Below, piece by piece: positions 12,078 through 24,619 of a DNA stretch of 64,000 nt (the stretch's first letter is position 1; the number at the start of each line of letters is the position of its first letter). The translations under genes were made by a program, and so were the position numbers. Under the pieces are notes generated by a model. The model saw nothing but the letters and a program-made list of their open reading frames with translations, had not been told where the DNA came from and searched no databases. This DNA is from Squalus acanthias (Eukaryota). The stretch covers positions 19,036,001-19,100,000 of the forward strand of contig CM059432.1 of NCBI GenBank assembly GCA_030390025.1, read 5' to 3'.

Positions 12078-12100
12078 AATGCTTTAAATTGTGTCCTAAA

Positions 12101-12478
12101 AGAAAAGAAAGACTTACATTTATATAGCGCCTTTCACAACCACCAGACGTCTCAAAGTGCTTTACAGCCAATTAAGTACTTTTGGAGTGTAGTCACTGTT
12201 GTAATGTAGGGAGTGCAGCAGCCAATTTGCACTCAGCAAGCTCCCCCAAACAGCAATGTGATAATGACCAGATCATCTGTTTTTGTTATGTTGATTGAGG
12301 GATAATATTGGCCAGGATACCAGGGATAACTTCCCTGCTCTTCTTCGAAATAGTGCCTTGGGATCTTTTATGTCCACCTGGGAGAGCCTCTGTTTAACGT
12401 CTCATCCGAAAGATGGCACCTCCGACAGTGCAGCACTCCCCCACACTGCCCTGGAGTGTCAGCCTAGATTTTTGAGCT
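12101..12478 (-). mobile_element. DeuSINE (SacSINE1-like), lacking its head
   Basis: Deu-domain-like sequence (gatctttta...cacct...tttaacgtctcatccgaaaga...cctccgacagtgcagcactccc). Homologous to 29968-30436. Confidence 0.75.
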
Positions 12479-13901
12479 AAGGACTATTTTACAAATATCT
12501 CCAGATGCCTTCCCTTGCTGTGTGTCGAACATCAACCCGCCCTGTAGCCATTCATCTTTACACTGTGTTAGATAAGTGAACATTTGTTTTTAAAATTGGA
12601 ATTACTCTGCTCACTTTAGAATTAAAGTTCAGAATGATCAGTTCAGGTATTCTGCTATTTCCTACCAAATTCACTGCCCAGAATTAAGGAAGACTGCAAA
12701 AGCCTAGCGAGAATTCTTTGTATAGAATTCATGAGGTGCAATTATCCAAAACAGTTCTGTCTCTTAAAATAAAATGACACAGCAATGGATTTCTTGCTAA
12801 CACTGCACACCTGGCAGATTCAGCAGAAGATATCTGTGACTATTTGCAGATCAGGAAGGTATTTGGCTTAAATATCCTGTAACTCTCATTACCGAGACAA
12901 TTGATCCTATAATTCTTATGAAGACAAACCAAAGAGAGCAATCAATTGCTCTAATAGACAACAAAGGCTGAACGTGCATAGTGGAACATTACCAGACTGG
13001 ACTGTCATTAACACCAGCAATCTCGAAGGATCCAATGGATATTTGCGCTTACAATGAACTCTCTTACCCCAAAAACTTCTAAGTATAGGAAGCTCATGTA
13101 TCACTATTGTCTGCTAGGTGATGAACTGAAGGAAATACCTCAGCGGCCACTAGATTAGATTCTTTCTCTCACTTGGTTAGCTGCGATGAGTCTATCATTG
13201 GTGGTACTGAAATAGTTCTATACAGAGCTCCACAAAGGAAGCCTTTAACTCAACCTATTTCAATAATTCATGGTTAAAAATTAATAATAAGCTGTCACTT
13301 ATAGTATAGTAATTACTAATATTTCCTTAGATTTTCAGCAATTGTGACAGACTTGTCTGTCTTGCCTCAGGTCATAAAATAAATATTTTTATAAGAATTT
13401 TATGGGCTGATTTTAGACATCCCCCTACAGTCTGTGCTAAAGGTGCCGAGTGCACTGGAAGCATGCTCTGCCCAGAAGTCACAGGTCGTGACCGTATTTA
13501 CTGTGACGGCGCATTTAAATGAAGGGGGCTTTCTGCGACCGTGTACAACGGGGTGCCATTGGGTGCAGCAGAATGTTATAAAGGAAAATTTGAGGCCTTA
13601 AAGGCCTGCTGCTGCTTAAAGGATTTTGTCTTTTTGGAGCTTTGCTATTATAGGTACCACTGAGAGGTATGTCACGTTGATTCTTTGTACTGGTGGGCTT
13701 TGTAATGCAGGCAGTTTTTGGCAACATTTTCACATTTAGTTTAGCTTCTTCTGCAGCTTAGCTGGATTTGCCTGCACTTCAAAATTTTTGAAAGAACTGA
13801 TCATAGCTGTCAGGTGTGGTACCAGAATCAGAGACCCCTGCTGTGACGATGACATCATAGAGCACTTGCAACAGGAAGTGGAGCAAGGGTTCTCCTTCTT
13901 A

Positions 13902-14108
13902 CATTCTTATGTTCTAAATGAACAATTGACCTCGCATCAATTGCCGTTTGCGGAAGAGAGTTCCAAACGTCGACCACCCTTTGTGTGTAGAAGTGTTTCC
14001 TAACTTCACTCCTGAAAGGCCTGGCTCTAATTTTTAGACTATGCCCTTTAGTCCTAGACTCCCCAACCAGCAGAAATATTTTCTCTCTATCTACCCTATC
14101 AGTTCCCC
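13902..14108 (-). mobile_element. CR1 3' end fragment
   Basis: GESRTKGHSLKIRARPFRSEVRKHFYTQRVVDVWNSLP. Confidence 0.8.
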
Positions 14109-14264
14109 AATCCAAAATAATAAACCAATCCAAAATAACATCCATTTACCCCTATTCTTAGCTTTCTGACCCCCTAGCCATTTCTCTAGTCATTTGGCTA
14201 CATTCACTTTAATAACATATGACTTAATTTTTGTTTCCTAAGAATATTGAACCAAATCAAAGAG

Positions 14265-14765
14265 AAAACCCTCCAGTGACTGGAGTTATACCTGACACAA
14301 AGGCAGATGGTTGTTGTTGCCCTAAGCCAGTCTTCACAGTCCCTGGACATCACTGCAGAGTTCTTTGGGGAAGTGTCCAGTGCAGGGGCACTGATTATAT
14401 GAGTTGCTCTGCTCCTGGGTGGTGCCAAGCTTCTTGTTGTGGCTGCATCCTTCCAAGAAAGCGCTGAGTATTTTATCGCACTCCTGACTTGAACTTTGTA
14501 GATGATGGAGAGTTTTAATGGGGTGATGAGGTGAGCCATTCCATGGCAGAGTACCCAGCCTAGGTTCTGCAAACATGGTTGGTCCAGTTCAGTTTCTGCT
14601 CAATGGTGACCCACCAGGATGTTGATAGTCAGCGATTCAGCAATGGTGGTGCTGTTGAAAGTCAAGGGGAGATGTCTGGGCTTTTCTTGCCTAAGATGAT
14701 CATTACCTGACATTTATGTGGTGCGAGCATTACCTGCCAGTTTTCAGCCCAAGCCTGAATGCTAT
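14265..14765. mobile_element. Degenerate, internally inverted fragment of the CR1/L2-group LINE seen at 28345-29580
   Basis: 14265-14385 matches about 28505-28625 in the same orientation. 14410-14765 matches about 28785-29135 in reverse. Confidence 0.6.
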
Positions 14766-15204
14766 TTACATAGAAAAAAGACATAGAAAAATAGGAGCAG
14801 GAGTAGGCCATAACTCCTGCTGTAGGCTGGGATTGGCTGATTAATTATTGGAGGGATTGTGAATGAAGCATGCAGGTGATGGTCTGGAAGTCATTGCCTA
14901 TGGGAAGTTCTGGCCATGCTTGTGTAGAAGAGAAGAAGGCTAGTGAAAGAGCTTGTCAAAAAATGCATTGGGATTTGTAATGGGCACCCATAGTTAAGGG
15001 TGGCTAAGGTGAAGAAGTCATGCTTTGGAGGTTGCAGATCATGGTAGCAGGAGCTGTATCAGATCATGAACAAGAAGTGAGATGTGTGTGGTCTACCTCT
15101 CCTTCCAGTGAGACGTTTCCTTATCCTGGATTGCAGCCAAGTGCTTGGAACACATTACTAGCTTCAGCCTCCTCCTGCCAAGCTCTTTAAGCCACAGTCT
15201 TGTT

Positions 15205-15946
15205 GAACATAAGAACATAAGAACTAGGAGCAGGAGTAGGCCATAAAGCCCTTCGAGCCTGCTCCACCATTCAGTAAGATCATGGCTGATCTTCGACCTC
15301 AACTCCACTTTCCTGCCCTATCCCCATAGCCCTTGATTCCTCTGGAGTCCAAAAATCTATCTCGCTCAGCCTTGAATATACTCAACGGCTGAGCATCCAC
15401 AATGCTTTGCGGCAGAGAATTCCAAAGATTCACAACCCTCTGAGTGAAGAAATGGCCGACCCCTTATCCTGGGACTATGCCCCCTAGTTCTAGACTCCCA
15501 GCCAGGGGAAACAACCTCTCAGCATCTACCCTGTCAAACCCCCTCAGAATTTTATGTTTCAATGAGATCACCTCTCATTCTTCTAAACTACAGACAGTAT
15601 AGGCCCATTCTACTCAATCTCTCCTCATAGGACAACCCTCTCATCCCAGGGATCAATCTAGTGAACCTTCGTTGCACCGCCTCCAAGGCATGTATGTTCT
15701 TTCTCAGACAAGGAGACCAAAACTGTGCACAGTACTCCAGGCGTGGTCTCACCAAAGCCCTGTACAATTGCAGTAATACTTCATTAACCTTGTACTCCAA
15801 CGCTCTTGCAATAACGGCCAACATGCTATTTGCCTTCCTAATTGCTTGCTGTACCTGTATGCTAACTTTCTGTGTTTCCTGTACAAGAACACTTAAATCT
15901 CTCTAAACACCAACATTTAATAGTTTCTCACTATTTAAAAAATATT
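15205..15946 (-). mobile_element. 5'-truncated CR1 LINE
   Basis: LLQLYRALVRPRLEYCAQFWSP and a (gaacataa)n tail. Confidence 0.88.
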
Positions 15947-17727
15947 GGGCTAGAAATTCATCTCCATACCGACACTCTGTAGTGCCATGAAATGGCGATA
16001 AAATGGCGGCCGCCACTCTTTCACCAGCTGGCGGCGGGTCCCGCGGCGGCCACCATATTGCTCTCCCCTTCGTGCTGCCGGTAACTGGCAGTGCCCTGGG
16101 AAAAAAAATGGTGGCTGTGGTGACGTCAATCGGTGTGTAACGCCGACTTAACGTCACCAACGCGAACTTCGACCCTAGCACTGAATTCAGTGCTGGGTCC
16201 TAACCTGGCGTGCAAGCAGGCTGACAGTGGCGATGTCTGCAGCTCTTAAAGGGACACACACATCATTCAGGTAAGTTTGAATTTAAGGGATTACACTGGT
16301 GTTTTTGTAAGTGGTGGCTTGCTGCAATAGATGTAAAATGTTTTTTTAAGTGTGTAGGGAGTGCTGTTGGATGCTTGCAAGGGCTCAGATGGTAAATGAA
16401 GGCCTTTGAGAAGACAGAACATGCTGTGAATACTCAGCAAGTCACACAACATCCGTGGAGAGAAAAACAGAGTTCACGTCTCAGGTCGACATGCTGCCTG
16501 ACCAACTGAGTATTTCCAGCATTTTATGCTGGCATTTCACATTTACAGCATTCGCTTGTAGAGAGAAGAGGAAGACACAGAAGAGGAGGAAGCCGAAGAG
16601 GATGAATCAGATGGAAGGAAGCATCCCAGACAGTCCCTTTGTGTACAGGATATCCGGGACAGAATCCTCTGCCTGCAGTCCCACTGGCTGGGCAGGCTGC
16701 ATTTCTCGGGTGTGTGAAATGAGGAAGACACAAGGGTGGAGCTGTGCTGACAGGAGGGTGGGGAAGCAAAAGGTTCATGCCAGAAGGAGGATAACATACG
16801 AGGATACTCGCATCTTGTATCCTTTCAGCCCCGCCAATGGCCAAGGGCTCAACCATGCCCCTGCCAAGAATGGCCTGCACCATCTCCTCCAAGAGGGTGA
16901 GGTGAGGCTAGGAGTGGGAGATGTGCCTCATCATTGGCGCAGATTGTTGGTAGGTGAGTGAGTGGGGGAGGGGGGGGGTTGTGCATTAAGCAGTGTGTGA
17001 GGCTAGTGGTGCAGTTAGTAGGAGACGGCTTTTGAAGATGCATTCACTGACCTTGACCAGTGGTCTGAGGTCATGAAGTTTCTTTGGGCACTGGAGCCAA
17101 GTGGTGGGAGCAATACTGCTGGCAGTGACCACCTTAGTGATGTACTCCCACATTATTCTTTCTGGAGGGCCTCCTGGCCCCTGTGGGTAGACCCCCTGCA
17201 CAAAGCTGGTGTGCTGCGTGTGACACCCTTGGTGCCCTTCCCTGGCTTGGTGAGTCATTTGTGTTTGTGCTGAGGCAGTTTACCCATTTGTTGAGGTCAG
17301 GAAGGTAATTCAGCTTTAAGAGCTGAATATTCACATTTGGAACTTCTTTTAAATGTTGAATAATTTTTAAAAGGCAGAAAGGGCTGAAAAAGGTATTGAT
17401 TCACTGCATTTTATTTTGTATTACTTCAGTGTGCGTGGCCCCTTTAATTCTCAGACTTCTTCATTGCCCACAATTCCCTGCGAGCTCCACAGCTTCACAG
17501 AATAAAAGATTCACACAGGGGTTGTGGGAAGCTGCAACGCCGCACCTGGACAGAAACTTCATCCCGGATCCCCCCAGTAACGCGACCAGGACGGTATTGT
17601 ACGAAGGTGAGCACTGCGCCACCTATCTCCATACCCACCAGACCAATTTCACTCGGTTAGCGTTGTGACCATTTCCAGCGGCCGTTAACTGCAGGCAATT
17701 TTGCTGGCGAACACCAATTGTTCCCTG
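15947..17727 (-). mobile_element. ~1.8 kb non-autonomous Harbinger derivative with Myb/SANT relic
   Basis: TIRs GGGCTAGAAATT / CAGGGAACAATT. TSD ATT (15944-46, 17728-30). Relic WLQCPKKLHDLRPLVK. Inverted paralog of 30761-32555. Confidence 0.8.
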
Positions 17728-17734
17728 ATTATAT

Positions 17735-17903
17735 TTTCAAATCTGAGATTGATAGATTTTTGTTAACCAAAGGTCGTAAGGGATATGGGGCATAGGTGAG
17801 TATATAGAGTTAGGTCACAGATCAACCATGATCTCATTGAATGGCAGAATAGGCTCGAGGGGCTAAGTGGCCTACTCCCATTCCTATGTTCCTATGTTTC
17901 TAT
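17735..17903 (+). mobile_element. CR1 3' tail
   Basis: aagggatatgggg...gatcaaccatgatctcattgaatggc...cctatgttcctatgtttcta. Confidence 0.75.
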
Positions 17904-19045
17904 ATATGATGTAAGAACCTGTGTGTTGAATGTAAGATCTTATTCTTTTATCTGTTTCCATAATCTTTAGTCAACTCTAAAATTGGATGGGGACAGAGCC
18001 GAGGCAGGGCAAGGTGTTAGATCATAGCTTGAATTGCTTAGTTGGCGCTGAATATTTTGAGACCTCCGCATCTTAAGACACTGGTATGCACGTTAACGTG
18101 TTCATAAGCCAATATTGTGCAGTCCACCTTAGTTCAATTGGAGCGTAAAATTCCTCCTATAGATAATGTTAGCAAAAAAAAAGTCAGTGTGAATATAAGA
18201 TTATCAATGAGAGGAATTCCACTCCCCGGAGAGATTACACCTACAATGGTAACTGTGAAGTAAATTGATTTAGTGAATTACACAAGCCATTTGAAATTAC
18301 AAGTCTATTAATAACTTAAGTTACAGAGAGCCCTGTCAAGCATCTGCCACCAGCACAGTGATCACACAGTCTCGCTGTAAGACAGCTGCAATCCCGACCT
18401 CAATGTTCTTTTTCCCTACTGAGGTTTATAACAACTTATGACAGCACTAGTTTCAGATCTGTACCCATGGGTGCTGAAAACAGAATGTACGGGATGAGAT
18501 CAAACACTGTTTAGTGTTTCCTTTCATCCACTAAGCTGTATTATAAGGAGTTTCTTTGATCTCGGGCACAGTGTTTCAGTGTGTGATCAGGCTGATAATG
18601 TTTGCCAAGTAATTGTTTGAGTTTGCAATTGAACTTGCCTCACTTGTTTTTAGTTCCTGGTAAAATGTTGGATGTTTGTAGTCTGTTTTACCTCTGCGAT
18701 GCCTACGAGCATTTATTTTCATGGCTGATCTGTCACTTTTCAGTCAACAGAACAATTATTAAAGATTTAACATTGCTTAAATGCTGCATCATGAGCACCT
18801 TATTGCTGTTTAGAGTTCGAGGCATATTTTGGTGTATTTTGGGTGCCTCTCAAGGTGAGGGCTATCAGAAATACCAAATGCAACCCTATTCCACCATTGC
18901 TACACTCAGCATTGATGATTCCCAGGCCTGGTCTAGCATAGGCTAAATGCAGAGCAGAGAATATACTGGGTTAATTTTATCCTAACCCACTCAGCAGGAA
19001 AGTGGCAGAATCAGATTGGCTGCCCGTTTACACCCTGCCCGATTT

Positions 19046-19803
19046 TAGAAACATAGAAACATAGAAAAATAGGAGCAGGAGTAGGCCATTCGGCCCTTCG
19101 AGCCTTCTCCGCCATTCAATATGATCATGGCTGATCCTCTATCTCAATACCATATTCCCGCTCTCTCCCCATACCCCTTGATGCCTTTTGTGTCTAGAAA
19201 TCTATCTATCTCCTTCTTAAATATATTCAGTGACTTGGCCTCCACAGCCTTCTGTGGTAGAGAATTCCACAGGTTCACCACTCTCTGAGTGAAGAAATTT
19301 CTCCTCATCTCAGTCCGAAATGTCCTACCCCATATCCTGAGACTGTGGCCCCTCGTTCTAGAGCCAGGGGAAACATCCTCCCTGCATCCAGTCTGTCTAG
19401 CCCTGTCAGAATTTTATACGTTTCAATGAGATCCCCTCTCATTCTTCTAAACTCTAGTGAATACAGGCCTAGTCGACCCAATCTCTGCTCATACGACAGT
19501 CTTGCCATCCCAGGAATCAGTCTGGTGAACCTTCGCTGCACTCCCTCTATGGCAAGTATATCCTTTCTTAGGTAAGGAGACCAAAACTGCACACAGTACT
19601 CCAGGTGTGGTCTCACCAAGGCTCTGTATAACTGTAGTAAGACAGTCTTGCTCCTGTACTCAAATCCTCTTGCAATGAAGGCCAACATACCATTTGCCTT
19701 CCTAACTGCTTGCTACACCTGCATGTTTGCTTCAGTGACTAGACACCCAGGTCCCTTTGTACATCAACATTTCCCAATCTATCACCATTTAAATAATACT
19801 CTA
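19046..19803 (-). mobile_element. 5'-truncated CR1 LINE
   Basis: MLAFIARGFEYRS...RPHLEYCVQFWSP and a (tagaaaca)n tail. Confidence 0.9.
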
Positions 19804-20375
19804 TCACCATTTAAATAATACTCCATAATATATTGAATACTTTTGTAGCAATCATTAACTTCTAGGGGTAAAAATTCACTTGGTTGTGCCTCCCGTTAGC
19901 GCCTTAAGAGGGCGCTAATGGGGCGTTAAGCCGCTAACGCCCGGGCGCAGCGATGTTTGCGCCGCTCGAGAACTTAACTTGAGATTGTGCGGCGGCGCTA
20001 AAACTTACCGCTGCGACCACCTGCGCACGCAGATTATGACGTCATTCCATGGTGCAACGTCCTTGGGGCGCCCCGGAGCGGAAATTGAGTGGCGCCCCCT
20101 GCCTTACCGCCTGGCGCTTCCAACGACCGGAAGACTGGAACGCTATCAATCGGTGTGGGGCTGGGGGGGGCGCTATTTAAAGGGGGCCTCTTCCTGTCTT
20201 TTTCTGTGGTCGACATTTATGCACCACTCGTTCTGAGAGAGAGAGAGAGATTCGGAGAGAGAGAGAGAGAGACTTCTACATTGACTCAACGCTTTGTGAG
20301 GTAGTTTTGCCTATTCATCCTAACTTTGTTGCTACTTTAGTTGCTGTACCTCATTACTTTTCTGGCAAAGAGAAT

Positions 20376-21497
20376 ATGGGGGCTGCACTGATTGGGGGCG
20401 TCGTCCTGCTCCAGCTGAATCGGAGCATACAGAGACGCAGACAGAGAGTGGCAATGATGGCCAGAGCTTACCCTCCCAGGGTATATCGTGAACAGCTCTC
20501 CTACATCCATATGTCCGAGGAGCTGTGTTTGCGAAGGCTGCGATTCAGCAAGGAGGTGGTCACTGAGCTCTGCCACCTGCTGCAGCCAGATCTGCAGCCT
20601 CAGCTGAGGTCCAGGACGTCTCTGGCAGTGAAGGTCACAGTGGCTTTGAACTTCTACGCCACTGGCTCATTCCAAGCTGCTGTTGGGGACCTCGCCAATA
20701 TCTCCCAGTTTGCGGTGCATCGCTGCATCCGGCAGGTCACCAATGCCCTCTTCAGAAGGAGACGAGACTTCATCTCTTTCCCTATGACCCCAGACAAGCA
20801 GCGTGACCGTGCTCTGGGCTTTGCGAGGGTAGCGGGCTTCCCCATGGTGCAGGGCGCCATTGACTGCACGCATGTGGCTTTGCGTGCTCCGCGAGAGAAT
20901 GCAGAGGAATTCAGGAACAGAAAGGGGTTCCATTCCTTGAATGTGCAGTTGGTCTGTGACCACAGACAGGTGATACTCGCTGTCAATGCCCACAATCCGG
21001 GCAGCTGCCACGATGCTTTCATCCTGTGCCAGACTACTGTGGCAGAAGTTTTCGAGGCACCGCATCAGCCAGTTGGTTGGCTTCTCGGGGACAAGGGGTA
21101 CGCATTGAGCACCTGGCTGATGACACCGCTCCATACGCCAAACACTCCTGCTGAGCTGCGGTACAATGAAAGCCATCAAGCAACCAGGAACATTATTGAG
21201 CGCACAATCGGCGTGCTGAAACAACGGTTCCGCTGTCTGGACCATTCCGGAGGAGCCCTGCAGTACTCGCCTGAGCAAGTTTCGAACTTCGTAGTCGTGT
21301 GCTGCATGTTGCACAACATGGCAATCCTCAGGACCCAGCCAATGCCACCAGCCCTTGTAGCACCACCAGAGGAGGAGGAGGAAGAGGAGGAAGAGGATGA
21401 GGACGATGATCATCAGCAGCACCAAGGCGGGAGGGCGGCCCACAATGGTCAAACTGCAAGGGCCGTCCGTCAACGGCTAATAGCAAGCCGCTTCTAG
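20376..21497 (+). CDS. Harbinger (HARBI1-like) transposase, copy 2, uninterrupted
   Basis: GAIDCTH, NRKGFHSLNVQ, PGSCHDAFIL, LLGDKGY, IERTIGVLKQRFRCL, CCMLHN. First ATG at 20376. Confidence 0.92.
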   Translation: MGAALIGGVVLLQLNRSIQRRRQRVAMMARAYPPRVYREQLSYIHMSEELCLRRLRFSKEVVTELCHLLQPDLQPQLRSRTSLAVKVTVALNFYATGSFQAAVGDLANISQFAVHRCIRQVTNALFRRRRDFISFPMTPDKQRDRALGFARVAGFPMVQGAIDCTHVALRAPRENAEEFRNRKGFHSLNVQLVCDHRQVILAVNAHNPGSCHDAFILCQTTVAEVFEAPHQPVGWLLGDKGYALSTWLMTPLHTPNTPAELRYNESHQATRNIIERTIGVLKQRFRCLDHSGGALQYSPEQVSNFVVVCCMLHNMAILRTQPMPPALVAPPEEEEEEEEEDEDDDHQQHQGGRAAHNGQTARAVRQRLIASRF

Positions 21498-21791
21498 GGC
21501 CCCTGCCATTGCTACAAACATTAATCAACCCAGCACGCAACCCCTAAGCTGGCCAAGGCACCAATAATTCCAACCACCAGCCATGTATATTTTGAATACA
21601 GAAACTTATTTATTTTACAAACTCTGTGTGTGTCAATTCCTCATGACAAACTCATAGAAATAAACACAAAAAAACAGTCAATAACATAACTGGTTCTCAC
21701 AACCTGGAGATAATGTCCAAAACACTAAACAAAAGTTGGACCATGAACCTCGGCCTTTAATAAAAAAATGACCAGCATTTTGTCACACCTC

Positions 21792-23615
21792 CTACTTTTT
21801 GCCCTTCGAGGGTGATCTCCTTCCCTTGCGCACTTCCCCCCTTCTAACCCTACTGCTCCTCCGTAATGGGACCTCAGTGGCTGCAGCAAGGCTGGTGGAA
21901 GGCTGCTGCTCGTCAGACCCTGACACTGCAGATGCCCCTGAAGGACGGCCTCGACCACTTCTGGGCCTGGAGGGCCCGGCTGCAGACTGCACCAACTCTG
22001 CATGGGCGGCAGCAGTCTGTCCTACAGGCGGTGGCAAGTGCAGTGGAGAAGTGACAGTGTTGGCAGCAGGAATGCTGTCATCGTGCGAGAGGCCAGCAAC
22101 TCCCTGCTTGCCCGACACACTGGCACTCCCACGGGGCAGCACTTCAGCATCCGGAGCAATCTGCCGGAGAACAGATTGCTGGCCTGCTGCGGCGCAGTGA
22201 CAGCCCCGGGGACATGTGCACGAACCATCGAGGTTGGCAGCAGTCTGTGCTCGCGTGGCCTCCATCTGAGTCTGTATGAGAGCAGTCAGAGGTGGGATCA
22301 CGGCAGCCAGTGACTGAATTGCAGCACTAAGCGTTAGTGTGGCATCCGCCTGTGCTACAGCGAAGTGCTCCACACTCCTTGCCAGTGACTCAATGCATTC
22401 GGGCACCCTTCCCACTGCACCCATGAGCTCAGTGTGCATGCACACCGCCTGGGTGTTCATTTCTGCAATCAGCCGCTCCTCCTCTGCGTCCATTGCAGTA
22501 GGAGTGTCTGGCATACTCTCCCTCTGGGGAGAAGGCCCCCGTTCTTCCCTACCCCCCCCCATGGCGTTGCTGCAGCCCGCTGGGTCCTGGAGCTTCACCA
22601 TCATCAGCCCCTTCCCCCCTGCTCCCCTCCGGGGAAGGCGTGTTCCCAGTGTGGGCATGGGCTTCCTCGGGAGAGGGTGGCACTGATGCTCTGGCTTCCT
22701 CTTCCTCCTCAGCTGCAGCATCACTCCCAGTGGCAGCTTCAGGGCCCGTCTCCTCAGCTGGTGAATCACCATCTGAAAGCAGGGAGGTACAAGAGTGGCT
22801 TTAGCGTGAGGACAGGGTGGCAGTAAGGGAGGAATAAGTGCAGCGAGTTAGCAAGTTGTATTGAAAGTGTCAAAGGCTGGTGTTGTGAGGGACAAGTGGA
22901 AGGACAGAGGACAAAAAGGTGATGACCTTACCATTGCTGTCCACAACGGGGTCGGCGTCTCCAGTGGCGACGGGACCGATCACCCGGCTTGCCACAATCC
23001 TGTGGACGCGCTCCTCCAGATCGCTGAGGGGTTGCAGCTGAAGCCGCCCTCCACCTGTCCGTTGCTGCTGTCTCCTATTATGAGCCAGCTTAGCCTGCAA
23101 GAAAAAGGACAGCATCTGAGTAAATATACAGCCATGGTCTTGCCTGATGTGCCTCCCATAATTGAATAGCCCTTACAATATGCAGCCATGGTCTTGCCTG
23201 ATGTGCCTCCCATAGGTGAATAGCCCTTACTGTATGCAAAGTGTGGAATGTGTGTGTGTGTTTGATGAAAGGGCCATAGGTGTTGGATGAGTGTTGTGCA
23301 TTGGGGTTTTAAGACCCTCTGGCCATAGAGTGAGGTTGAGATGGAGGGATGTAGAGGCATTGAGAAAAAGCCACTCACCCTGACGACCCGAGTGAGGTCG
23401 TTGAACTTTTTGCGGCATTGAGTATGGGTCCTGGGCACCATGCTCCTGGAGGAGACGCTCTGAGCCACCTCCCTCCACACTCTTCTGAACTCGCGTGGCA
23501 AAGGCCTCCTGCCACTCTCAGGGAACAGCATACATCGTCTGCGCTCCACTGCGCCAACCAGAGCATCCAAGGCCCGCTCGGTGAAGCGATGAGCGCGTTC
23601 TCTCACCCTCTCCAT
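21792..23615 (-). pseudogene. Harbinger Myb/SANT-like gene, copy 2 (exons 23615-23379, 23094-22932, 22772-21792); one frameshift at a G9 run
   Basis: Same exon sizes as copy 1 (237 and 163 nt) with GT-AG sites. The spliced frame hits TAG right after the G9 run at 22552-22560, and the downstream frame is open to 21792. Confidence 0.82.
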
Positions 23616-24619
23616 GCTTGGCAGCAAAATGGATTCACAGGTCTCTCCAGGCTGAGATTCAAGGCTGCAATGAGCAGGGTGTGGCTGGGGAGCAAGTGGC
23701 CCCCCCCCGCTTTAAGAAGTGTCCGGCGCCAGTGTGTCTGTGTTCCCTCGCTAACTGGCAGCAGCTGCGCTGCGCTCGCGCGCTGAGTTAGCGCCTCACT
23801 CCTTGGCCTTTGCGCCTTAAGACAGGTGTTCAGCGCCTGCTTTAGCGCTCCACTCACCTCCCGGGGCGGTAAAAGTGAAGTTTCCTGTCAGTGCCGATAA
23901 TTAGCGCCAGGCGCTAATATTTGCGTCCGGACGATATTTGCGCCCCAAATGGGGCGCGACCTAATTTCTACCCCCTAGTCTCCACAGTTAAGATTGTTAA
24001 TATGATGAATCACTATGTTGTATATTCCCTTCAAAGGGGCTTCCACATTGTAAGTTTTTTGTCACGCAAAGACAGCTATGGAGTTTTGCTACCTAGTCTA
24101 CAAGATCACAACACATTTGGATGAGGAACATCATCTTAATTCACTCATTCAGAAAGACATAAATGCCCCCCTCATTGATCTGTTTGTTTCTTAAATAATT
24201 CACTACTGTATTTGGAAGTCCATTTCAAGTGCTGATCACTCTTTGTGTGAAAAGAGAACATCAGTCCGAAATGAAAATGAGCTGAATAAGTATCTGATTG
24301 GAAAAAGGACTGAGGGTTGTAGAGTAAAAGCCCCAAGATTCCTCCAATGCAGCCATTATCCAGGGACAGAATTTTGGGGCAGGGCGATGAGTCCCTGCTT
24401 CTTTTTTGCCCTATCATAAATTTTGCGGTTTATGGGGCCCGGGGCACAATGTGCCCACCCATATTGGATTCCAGCGTGGTTAGGGCAGTGAAAGCAATTC
24501 CATTTCAAAAGGTTGGGATTACCCTAGAGGCACAGCAATTTATTGCAGTACAGAATTGCAGCCTCTCAAAAAATAAGGCCAATTGTTTACTTACAACTTC
24601 TTCAGGCCAGCACTGTTAC

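Larger units (their letters stand above)
19865..23974 (+). mobile_element. Full-length PIF/Harbinger DNA transposon, copy 2
   Basis: TIRs GGGGTAAAAATT / GGGGTAGAAATT. Perfect TSD CTA (19862-64, 23975-77). Convergent transposase and Myb genes. Confidence 0.95.

Noticed and set aside
20667..21473. 268-aa antisense ORF over the transposase
   Set aside because: Shadow ORF; the equivalent frame is broken in copy 1.
21792..22772. 326-aa stand-alone ORF
   Set aside because: Its ATG sits at the exon-3 acceptor. The first ~70 codons are out of the spliced frame and are joined only through the G9 frameshift.
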